Shown here: positions 1-7,311 of the stretch, piece after piece | Layout: each line of letters opens with the position of its first letter | Numbering within the stretch: position 1 is the stretch's first letter | Made by a program: the position numbers and the translations under genes | The notes under the pieces: generated by a model | What the model was told of the DNA's origin: nothing | The model's database searches: none | The model's input: only the letters and a program-made list of their open reading frames with translations | Assembly: GCA_963977445.1 (NCBI GenBank) | Contig: CAXBPH010000216.1 | Coordinates: forward strand, 1 to 11,888 | Source of the DNA: an uncultured bacterium | Lineage (GTDB): Bacteria > Hydrogenedentota > Hydrogenedentia > Hydrogenedentales > JAEUWI01 | Reading direction: 5' to 3' | Length of the DNA: 11,888 nucleotides

Positions 1-806
1 CAGGCGTCCGTGAAGATGTGACAGAAGCGGTGTTGAACCTGAAAAAATGCGACATCCGCCTGAATCGTGATGAGCCCCTTATTTTCAGCTTCAGCTACAG
101 TGGCGAAGGCGAAATAACGACGGGCGAGATATTCAAGGATCAGGAACTGGTTGACGTGTTCAACGAGGACCATGTGATTCTTACGTCCACGTCGAAGACG
201 ACCAAGCTTGAGATGGAAATTAAGGTGACACGGGGTCGTGGTTATTTGACCGCCGAGCACTTTGAGCTGGAACATGCGCCCATCGATACGATCTATCTGG
301 ATGCGAATTTCTCACCGGTTAAGAAGGTGAACTTCCAGGTAGAAGACGCGCGTGTAGGTCAGACGACAGATTATGACCGCTTGTTGCTGGATATATGGAC
401 CAACGGTTCCATTACACCAGAGAACGCACTTGAGGAGGCCGCCAGCCTTCTCATCGGTCACCTGCGCATTTTTGTGAAGCAGGAGCAAGAAGGTGATGAG
501 AGCGCAACGGAGTCTTCTACTGAAGATCCGGAATTGATGCGCACCTTGGCCCGCACGGTAGACGAGCTCGAGTTGAGTGTACGTGCGGCGAATTGCCTGA
601 AGGCAGCGAATATCCGTACCATCGGAGATCTGGTGATGCGTGAAGAGAGCGAGATGCTTCAATTCCATAATTTCGGGAAAAAGTCGCTCGACGAAATTAA
701 GGCCCTTCTTGAGTCGATGGGCATGTCCCTTGGAATGAAAGTCGGAGTGCCCGTGGCCGCTGTAGTTGCCGCTGAGCCCGAAACTGATACGAATGAGGAT
801 GAATAA
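1..806 (+). CDS. rpoA: DNA-directed RNA polymerase subunit alpha (5' truncated by window edge)
   Basis: The frame is open from position 3 ([14 protein letters not shown]), so the GTG at 18 is not the real start. Hallmark motifs: [38 protein letters not shown], and alpha-[16 protein letters not shown]...[11 protein letters not shown]. Stop TAA at 804-806, directly upstream of rplQ. Confidence 0.98.
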   Translation, partial: GVREDVTEAVLNLKKCDIRLNRDEPLIFSFSYSGEGEITTGEIFKDQELVDVFNEDHVILTSTSKTTKLEMEIKVTRGRGYLTAEHFELEHAPIDTIYLDANFSPVKKVNFQVEDARVGQTTDYDRLLLDIWTNGSITPENALEEAASLLIGHLRIFVKQEQEGDESATESSTEDPELMRTLARTVDELELSVRAANCLKAANIRTIGDLVMREESEMLQFHNFGKKSLDEIKALLESMGMSLGMKVGVPVAAVVAAEPETDTNEDE

Positions 807-808
807 TC

Positions 809-1186
809 ATGCGGCATCGCAAAGCAGGTAGACGCCTCGGTCGGAATATGTCCCACCGCAAGGCTACGATGCAGAGTCTGGCCGTCGCGTTGTTTCATCA
901 CAATGCGATTGAAACGGGACACCTGAAGGCCAAAGAGCTCCGTCGTTTCGCTGAACCAATTATTACCTTGTGCAAGGTCGACACGGTTGCAAACCGTCGT
1001 CGCGCTTTCGCCAAGTTACGTGATAAAGAGGCAGTGACTAAGTTATTTTCGACCATCGGACCGGCTTATTCGGAACGTCCCGGTGGCTACACCCGTATCC
1101 TTCGTTTGGGAAACCGTTTGGGCGACGCCGCCCCTATGGCCCGGATTGAGTTGGTAGAGATGGGTGAATATCAGGCAGAAGACTGA
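809..1186 (+). CDS. rplQ: 50S ribosomal protein L17
   Basis: [13 protein letters not shown]-terminus, KAKELRR and ERPGGYTRI...[12 protein letters not shown] motifs. Canonical position 2 nt after rpoA. Confidence 0.98.
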   Translation: MRHRKAGRRLGRNMSHRKATMQSLAVALFHHNAIETGHLKAKELRRFAEPIITLCKVDTVANRRRAFAKLRDKEAVTKLFSTIGPAYSERPGGYTRILRLGNRLGDAAPMARIELVEMGEYQAED

Positions 1187-1227
1187 TCACGGTCTTCTGA
1201 GCTGACTATCGGCTGATTAAACTCTCT

Positions 1228-1262
1228 AAGGGAGCAGCGCATCTGCGTTGCTCCCTTTTTCT
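1228..1262 (+). terminator. Rho-independent terminator of the alpha operon
   Basis: AAGGGAGCAGCGC (1228-1240) pairs with GCGTTGCTCCCTT (1245-1257) with one G-U pair and loop ATCT. It runs into TTTTTCT and lies about 40 nt after the rplQ stop. Confidence 0.9.
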
Positions 1263-1279
1263 GTCTCTCGGCCAGCTTG

Positions 1280-1308
1280 TTGTATCCGGTGGGTGGCTCG
1301 TATAGAAT
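1280..1308 (+). promoter_or_regulatory. Putative sigma70-type promoter for the isomerase gene
   Basis: TTGTAT (1280-1285) - 17 nt - TAGAAT (1303-1308), between the terminator and the ATG at 1383. Confidence 0.55.
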
Positions 1309-1382
1309 TGCGGGTATTGCCCGAAAATGTTTCGGCAGCATAGTTTTTTTCGTCAACAACACGTAGAAGGGGCTCCTAACCC

Positions 1383-2147
1383 ATGGCCACAATACCCTTT
1401 GCACTCCAACTCTTTTCCGTACGCGACGTCCTCGCTGCCGATTGTCTCGCTACGCTCAAGCGCGTAAAAGAAATCGGTTACAGCCATGTGGAAGTGGCCG
1501 GGTTGGCAGACAAGTCAGTGGAAGCCTTCAAGGCCGATTTGGATGCCGCAGAATTGACGCCCGTTTCCACGCACGTGGCCTATGAGGACTGCAGGTCAGA
1601 TTTGGCGGGTGCTATCGCCATGTGCCAGGTTCTGGGTGTGGAATGGGCCGTGATTCCCTGGCTGTCCCCCGAGACCAATGTGACGGCAGAGGACTGGGCC
1701 GCCCGCGGCGTGGAGATGGCCGCCTTCGGCCGAGCATTCTGGGAGGCGGGGATTACTCTTTGCTATCATAACCACAGCCACGAGTTTGTGGATCTGGACG
1801 GTAAGACTCCTTTCGATGCCATTTTCGAAGCCGCAGCACCCGAAGACCTGTCTGTTGAGCTGGATGTGGGCTGGTCCCACTATGGTGGCGCGGATACCCT
1901 GGCGCTCATGAAGCGGTATGCAGGGCGCATTCCTCTCTTACACATCAAAGATGTTAAGCAGCGCTATGAAGGGGAAGAGCCTATCCCCACCGAGCTGGGG
2001 AATGGCGCCACCAAGTTTGCACCCCTGTTTAAGGCGGCCGGTGAAATTGGCGTAAAATGGTATATCGTGGAACAAGATGAGTCCAAACGGGATCCATTGG
2101 AGAGCGCCCGTATGAATGCGGCCTATATGCGGGTCCATATTTTTTAA
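1383..2147 (+). CDS. Sugar phosphate isomerase/epimerase (xylose isomerase-like / AP endonuclease 2 TIM barrel)
   Basis: N-terminal ALQLFSVRD and metal-binding motifs YHNHSHEF, ELDVGW, LHIKD and YIVEQD. Purine-rich RBS-like AGAAGGGG upstream. Confidence 0.9.
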   Translation: MATIPFALQLFSVRDVLAADCLATLKRVKEIGYSHVEVAGLADKSVEAFKADLDAAELTPVSTHVAYEDCRSDLAGAIAMCQVLGVEWAVIPWLSPETNVTAEDWAARGVEMAAFGRAFWEAGITLCYHNHSHEFVDLDGKTPFDAIFEAAAPEDLSVELDVGWSHYGGADTLALMKRYAGRIPLLHIKDVKQRYEGEEPIPTELGNGATKFAPLFKAAGEIGVKWYIVEQDESKRDPLESARMNAAYMRVHIF

Positions 2148-2259
2148 AGAGGCCAGTGAATCCCTGCATGGTGCCCTGTGCAGGGCGAAGTGACAGGCAC
2201 TGGGGAAACACCAGACAATGTTCTTGAACAGCTTATCGAATGGCGTAACCGGGCACACG

Positions 2260-3141
2260 ATGCAAATGCGTCGGGTGCCCGTGCGGTTCTGTTTTGCGGC
2301 GCTCGTCATGGCGGGGTTGCTCCTGTCGGGTTGTGAGCCCCACGTGGCCCTCCGCGGCGTTGTAACCGACACGAGTGGCCAGCCTCTTCCGGGTGTGTCC
2401 GTCAAAGTTGCCGGGACCGAGACCTTTGCCATTACCAATGGTACGGGAGCCTTCGGTAGAGGCTCTGGACGGCTCCCCGTGCTCCCCGGGACGTGGCAAC
2501 TTCAATACATCAAGACGGGCTTTACGTCCGCGGAGCAAATCATCACCACGGCGAATGGGCGCAGTCAAGAGGTGCCGACCATTGCCTTGTGGCCCTTGCC
2601 CGCCGCCCGGGGTATCTATAACCACGGGGATGACAGCTTTCAGGGCTGGACCCGTATTGAGCCCGAACGCTACCTTCGCGAAGATCGCTCTCCGGTTGTG
2701 GGCACGCGACAGCGCCCATTGCTAATCGTCGACAATACCCTGGGGCGGATCATTGGTTACAAAGTCTCTCCCTACGACTGGCGCATGAGCCGACTGGAAG
2801 AGACACCTGTCCTACGGGATGTAGAGGCGACAGGTGAGGCCGCGAAAGCCCTGGATATGGTCTGGGCGGAGTCGGTAGGCGTTCCCGTGCACGCCGTGCC
2901 CCTTGACGAGCCGGAGCGTCTTCTCTGGGAGATTAAGCCCGGGCGTGCGGTGGGGCCAGGAATTTACGCGATCCACTGGGGGGCGTTGGACGGTGATCCA
3001 TCGACGGAAGCGTCGGTCTATCTTATCGAGGTACGTGATCCTGCGGCAGTGGTAGAGGCGGAAGTGGAGACGGAGAAGAAGGAAGAGGCGGTGAAGGAGA
3101 CGGTGACAGCGGCGGAGGCGGCGGAGGGAGAAGAGACCTGA
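2260..3141 (+). CDS. Putative lipoprotein with carboxypeptidase regulatory-like (CarboxypepD_reg) beta-sandwich domain and uncharacterised C-terminal region
   Basis: Start is likely ATG 2260 or 2266 rather than 2218. Basic N-terminus, hydrophobic stretch and lipobox LSG-C (Cys at 2332-2334). Then GVVTDTSGQPLPGVSV...TNGTGAF...PGTWQLQYIKTGF, typical of this domain. Acidic E/A-rich low-complexity tail. Confidence 0.7.
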   Translation: MQMRRVPVRFCFAALVMAGLLLSGCEPHVALRGVVTDTSGQPLPGVSVKVAGTETFAITNGTGAFGRGSGRLPVLPGTWQLQYIKTGFTSAEQIITTANGRSQEVPTIALWPLPAARGIYNHGDDSFQGWTRIEPERYLREDRSPVVGTRQRPLLIVDNTLGRIIGYKVSPYDWRMSRLEETPVLRDVEATGEAAKALDMVWAESVGVPVHAVPLDEPERLLWEIKPGRAVGPGIYAIHWGALDGDPSTEASVYLIEVRDPAAVVEAEVETEKKEEAVKETVTAAEAAEGEET

Positions 3142-3210
3142 GCCCGCTGATGGGTGATTGGTCCGCATCATTATTGCGTGCATACGCTAACGTGTAGTTT
3201 GGAGAGCAGG

Positions 3211-4119
3211 ATGAAGAATCAATATGTGAATAACCTCCAGGAGGGGGATGGGATCAACGATATATTTATCGCTACCAGGAATGATCTGCGGACCAAGCAG
3301 GACGGCGGCAAATTCCTGGGCATGGTCTTCAAAGATCGTACCGGTGAAATCGGCGGTATCATGTGGAATGGCGCTGCTGAGGCGTCCCGCATGTTTCAGG
3401 TAGGCGATGTGGTGAGTGTGAAGGCCAAAGTAAATTCCTATCAGGGTCGGCTGCAACTGCAGGTAGAACGGGTTGTGCCCTTGCGTGACGGTGAATACGA
3501 TGTGAACGATCTGGTGTTTACGCCGGAAGATGCCGAAGAAGACATCACTGGGGTGCGTACGATACTCGAGTCGATTGAGCATCCCTGGCTGAAACAATTG
3601 ATAGATTCCTTTCTGCAGGATAGTGAGTTCATGTCGCGCTTTCTTGGCGCGGCAGCGGCGAAAAAGTGGCACCACGAATATCGGGGTGGCCTCGTTCGTC
3701 ACGTACACGAAATGTGCTGCCTGGGCGAAACCATGTGTAAGCTCTATCCCAATATCGATAGAGACGTACTGATGACCGCCATATTCCTCCACGATATCGG
3801 CAAGTTGGATGAGATGACCCACGAACTCTGCGTTGACTATACGACGGTAGGCCGCCTGCTGGGACACGTTCATCTTGGGGCAGAAATCGTGTCGCAGAAG
3901 ATTGCCCTTATCCCCGAGTTTCCTGAGAAGCTACGGCTCGAATTACTCCACTGCATCCTTTCTCACCACGGTGAACTTCAATACGGTTCGCCCGTAGTAC
4001 CCAAATCATTGGAAGCCATCGTGCTCCACCATATTGACAATCTGGATGCCCAGACGGCTGCCTTCTCGCGGATTATTCGAAAGACAAGATTCAGGAGTGG
4101 TCTGAGTACATGCCCCTGA
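3211..4119 (+). CDS. yhaM: YhaM/Cbf1-family 3'-5' exoribonuclease (OB fold + HD domain); family-like C-terminus appears to lie in the -1 frame to 4151
   Basis: ATG 3211 follows GGAGAGCAGG. OB fold (DRTGEIGGIMW...YQGRLQL), then AAAKKWHHEYRGGLVRH, LHDIGK, LLGHV, HCILSHHG..YGSPVVP and LHHIDNLDA motifs. Zero-frame stop at 4117-4119. Confidence 0.85.
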   Translation: MKNQYVNNLQEGDGINDIFIATRNDLRTKQDGGKFLGMVFKDRTGEIGGIMWNGAAEASRMFQVGDVVSVKAKVNSYQGRLQLQVERVVPLRDGEYDVNDLVFTPEDAEEDITGVRTILESIEHPWLKQLIDSFLQDSEFMSRFLGAAAAKKWHHEYRGGLVRHVHEMCCLGETMCKLYPNIDRDVLMTAIFLHDIGKLDEMTHELCVDYTTVGRLLGHVHLGAEIVSQKIALIPEFPEKLRLELLHCILSHHGELQYGSPVVPKSLEAIVLHHIDNLDAQTAAFSRIIRKTRFRSGLSTCP

Positions 4120-4178
4120 TTGAACGCATGATTTGGAATAAGGAAGGGTAGTCGGTTGCCCAGTGCCGCCAGTTTCCT

Positions 4179-5750
4179 ATGAAGCCTCGGGTTTGTATTT
4201 TTGCAGCGGAGACATTGCTCCACTGGTCGTCTTACTACGTGCGCGCATTTCGCCAGTGTTGCGATGTGCGTGTGGTGGGGCCGGCGATAGTACCAGAACA
4301 ACATGACTACCCTGACTGGCCCGCCGTCGCCCATTACACGGTACCCAATGATATTCACACGACGTCCGACGACGCGGTAACGCGGCTGGAGCTGTTGCCC
4401 GAGGGTTGGGATCCCCACCTCGTGGTGATCATTCAGTCCGGCGACGTTGTGCTGCGCAGCATGGCCCGGGTAGGGTGTCCAACCGCATATCTATCCATCG
4501 ACACCTGGCATGAGGCCCGGGAATTTCAGCACGGCCATCGTTACGATTTTGTATTTCTCGCCCAGAAGGCGTTGATTAAATACATGCGCCGTATGGGTTG
4601 CTGCCGGGTGTATTGTTTGCCGCTGGCCTGCGATCCCGAAAGGCATTTCGCCACACCGGACGAAGAGAATCACTACGACCTTGCCTTTGTGGGTCGTATC
4701 CACTATATAACCAATCGTCAGCGGGCCGAACGTCTGAATCTGCTGTTATCCCGCTACCGTCTGGGGGCCTACTTTGGTGTTGGCACCGACGAGATGGCCG
4801 TCGTCTATGGCCGCAGTACGCTGGTGTTTAATTCCAGTATTGCCTGTGATGTGAATATGCGCGTCTTTGAGGTGCTGTCCACCGGACGCCCTCTGGTGAC
4901 AAATCGAGATGCCGCGGCAAATGGATTGCTCGAACTGTTCGAAGAAGGCGTCCATCTGATTTGCTACGATGACGATGATCTGTCGTCACAGGTGGATCGC
5001 TATCTTGCGGACCCCGAAGCGGCCCGGGCCATCGGCTTGGCGGGGCAGCAGGAAGTGCACGAGAAGCATACGTACGTGCATCGTGTGACGCAGATTTTTG
5101 ATACCTTACGCGCCCACAATATTGATGTGGGAACGAAAAGCTATCCCCGGGTGCGGGCGGGGCAAGACATAAAAGACCTTATACCCTATGGTTCATTGCG
5201 GCTCCTGGATATAGGCTTGGGTTTGGGCGCGAGCCGGGTCGCTATGGCCCACCGTGGCGTTAACTATCTGGCCGGGGTTGCGCCCGACAGCGAGACTATG
5301 CGCCGGCGGGAAAAGTCCTACGATGAAATCTGGTGTGGGGACGCCATGCGACCACCAACGGGCGATTTTGACACCGTACTGTGGACCCTGGCGAGTCGCT
5401 TTGGCAGCCCGGTGGTTTCGACCCTGGCGTATTCGCGGGAGTGGCTGGTGGAAGGAGGGCGACTTCTTTTGTTCATGGATGACGCCGAGATTCAGGAAGT
5501 GCCTGGTGGGCCTGATATCGCCTCGCTTACAACCTGGTTTATGGAGCTCGGCTGTCAGCTGCTGACGTGGTACCTCCCGCAAGGGGGCAATCCACAACAC
5601 CTGGTCATCGTCTCTCCCGTCACGACCCACGCGAATGCCTTGAATGTGGATCTTTACGGAGAGTTTCCCGTAAATGGTGTTGATCGCGAACCCTGGAAAG
5701 TGTCTAAAGCCGACCCAGAATCCGATTCACCAGATGCTGCAAATCCGTAG
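4179..5750 (+). CDS. CgeB-like / Glyco_trans_1_2 GT-B glycosyltransferase with C-terminal class I methyltransferase-like domain
   Basis: GT motifs PTAYLSIDT, DFVFLAQK, LPLACDP, YDLAFVG, VFNSSIACDVNMRVFEVLSTG and HTYVHRV. C-terminal LLDIGLGLG (5202-5228), FDTVL and LVEGGRLLL resemble SAM-MTase motifs. Confidence 0.8.
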   Translation: MKPRVCIFAAETLLHWSSYYVRAFRQCCDVRVVGPAIVPEQHDYPDWPAVAHYTVPNDIHTTSDDAVTRLELLPEGWDPHLVVIIQSGDVVLRSMARVGCPTAYLSIDTWHEAREFQHGHRYDFVFLAQKALIKYMRRMGCCRVYCLPLACDPERHFATPDEENHYDLAFVGRIHYITNRQRAERLNLLLSRYRLGAYFGVGTDEMAVVYGRSTLVFNSSIACDVNMRVFEVLSTGRPLVTNRDAAANGLLELFEEGVHLICYDDDDLSSQVDRYLADPEAARAIGLAGQQEVHEKHTYVHRVTQIFDTLRAHNIDVGTKSYPRVRAGQDIKDLIPYGSLRLLDIGLGLGASRVAMAHRGVNYLAGVAPDSETMRRREKSYDEIWCGDAMRPPTGDFDTVLWTLASRFGSPVVSTLAYSREWLVEGGRLLLFMDDAEIQEVPGGPDIASLTTWFMELGCQLLTWYLPQGGNPQHLVIVSPVTTHANALNVDLYGEFPVNGVDREPWKVSKADPESDSPDAANP

Positions 5751-7281
5751 CCGAGACTCCATTTCCATCAACGTCGGCAGCGGGATCTTCCGAACGCCCG
5801 AGAATTACGTTGACCAGCAACTGCAGGTCCAGCGCATCGACGACGTTATCGTCATTAATATCGCCCGTTGAAAGTGGCAAATCCGCTCGTGGCTGGGTGT
5901 TCTCGGTGACGACAAGATTCGTCATGGTGTAGGGGATATAGCCTGGTGCCTCCGCGCGAATCGAATAGGTTCCCGGGAGAAGTAGTCGATGATAGTCGCC
6001 CTGATCCGCGTCACTGAAGGTGGGCTGGGGATTGTTGTCCACATAAATGGAAGCCAAAAGGGCCGCGTTGGTTTTCTTGTCCCGCACCCCGCCGCGTATG
6101 CCCTGATGAACCCGTGCAAGGTAGTCCAGCATGGCGTCGCGATTGTCGTCCCAAAAAGTGTTCAAGGTGTTTCCTGCGGGGTTCTTTATGTTGGACACCT
6201 CCAGCGTCATGTCAATGGTGCCGGTGTATCGGTAGTGCCAATCTCCCATCCCCCCGGAGACGCTGTACCACGCGGAGCCATTGGTGATGCCACCCGGGAA
6301 GGTGGGGCTGGCCAACATGGGGGGGTTTCGGTCGGCATAGCTCGAGGCGAGGGAAGCCAACAATGCGTCCTCCGTTGTTGGTGCCTCGACGCCCGATGGA
6401 ATGCCTGGGATTTCGTCGTAGGGGTAGTTCGCCACGAGGGCGCCGCCATGATAGTTGGCGCTCAGATTGATGCTGTTTTCCACGCTCCAGTTCATCAGCG
6501 CGGCGACTTCAGGTTGTCGACCTGCCGTGTCGGGGGAGCCTTCGGAAGCGATGTTGCCACGGAAATGAAGGGGCCACTCCGGGAAGACGCGATTGAGGTC
6601 GGCATTGTTGGCATTCCACCGGATGCCCATTTCGTAGCCGTCGGGATTTAGGAGGGGGAGGATCCAGATTTCCGTCTCATTAATGCGCGCTGTTATTTCG
6701 TCGCTCTGGCCAAAATTTTCCAGGAGGTAGTCGATAAAATTGAGGCAGAGTACGGTCCCCACCGTCTCGTCACCGTGCATGGTGGAGAGATAGGCAAATT
6801 CCGGTTCGTCTTCGTCGGTGCCCGGCTGGTCCGTGATTTGAAGGGCCCAGATTTCCCTGCCCTGGACCGATTGACCGATGGAGATCAATCGACAGAGGGT
6901 GGGGTTGGCGTTGGCCACATTGGTCAGATAGGTGGTAAGTTCGGCGTAGGAGGGGTAGGCGCTTCGCTGCTTCTCCGGGATGGGTTGCATGGACTCCAGA
7001 GTGTACACAATGCCCGTAGCGAGAAAGGCATTCCAATGTTCCTGAAGAATATAGGCCCGCGTACCATTTCCATCAAAATGATCAATCACACCACCCGCTG
7101 CTTCGATGGCCTGCACGGTGCTTGTATCGATGGCCGATGTTCGGATGACATAGGTCGTATGGTCGGGTTCGGCGAATCCTGCGGTGGGAATCAGGGCCGC
7201 GCCACCCAGGATGGCAAGGCCCCATAGGCCCCGCCTGAAATGAGTACGGACTCTCGCATTTATTCGGATTGGTACCAGCAT
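5704..7281 (-). CDS. Exported M14 zinc metallocarboxypeptidase (N/E, CPD-like subfamily) with transthyretin-like domain and C-terminal dockerin-like domain
   Basis: Signal peptide ending AGFA. Zinc and catalytic motifs MHGDE (HGDE at 6766-6777), LNPDG, RWNANNADLNR, SANYHGGALVANYPYD, GITNGSAWYSVSGGMGDW and TLEVS. GDYHRLLLPGTY marks the beta-sandwich. Duplicated Ca-binding repeats GDINDDNVVDALD and ADVDGNGVSATD at 5707-5865. Confidence 0.9.
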   Translation of the reverse strand: MLVPIRINARVRTHFRRGLWGLAILGGAALIPTAGFAEPDHTTYVIRTSAIDTSTVQAIEAAGGVIDHFDGNGTRAYILQEHWNAFLATGIVYTLESMQPIPEKQRSAYPSYAELTTYLTNVANANPTLCRLISIGQSVQGREIWALQITDQPGTDEDEPEFAYLSTMHGDETVGTVLCLNFIDYLLENFGQSDEITARINETEIWILPLLNPDGYEMGIRWNANNADLNRVFPEWPLHFRGNIASEGSPDTAGRQPEVAALMNWSVENSINLSANYHGGALVANYPYDEIPGIPSGVEAPTTEDALLASLASSYADRNPPMLASPTFPGGITNGSAWYSVSGGMGDWHYRYTGTIDMTLEVSNIKNPAGNTLNTFWDDNRDAMLDYLARVHQGIRGGVRDKKTNAALLASIYVDNNPQPTFSDADQGDYHRLLLPGTYSIRAEAPGYIPYTMTNLVVTENTQPRADLPLSTGDINDDNVVDALDLQLLVNVILGRSEDPAADVDGNGVSATDLQHLVNRILGRL

Positions 7282-7311
7282 GGTTTCTGACGTTCCTCGG
7301 CTGCGTCTTTC

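Noticed and set aside
2151..2210. Possible HDV-like or hammerhead ribozyme (GGCGAAG resembles the HDV J4/2 strand)
   Set aside because: I could not find the required P2 partner or P3/L3 consensus, and there is no CUGANGA core.
3043..3138. Purine-rich GAG/GCG-repetitive stretch as a possible DNA repeat element
   Set aside because: No exact repeat unit. It is explained by Glu/Ala/Lys codons of a disordered tail.
3154..3210. Upstream start for yhaM given by the ORF track
   Set aside because: ATG 3211 has a clear purine-rich RBS and yields the typical MKNQYV N-terminus.
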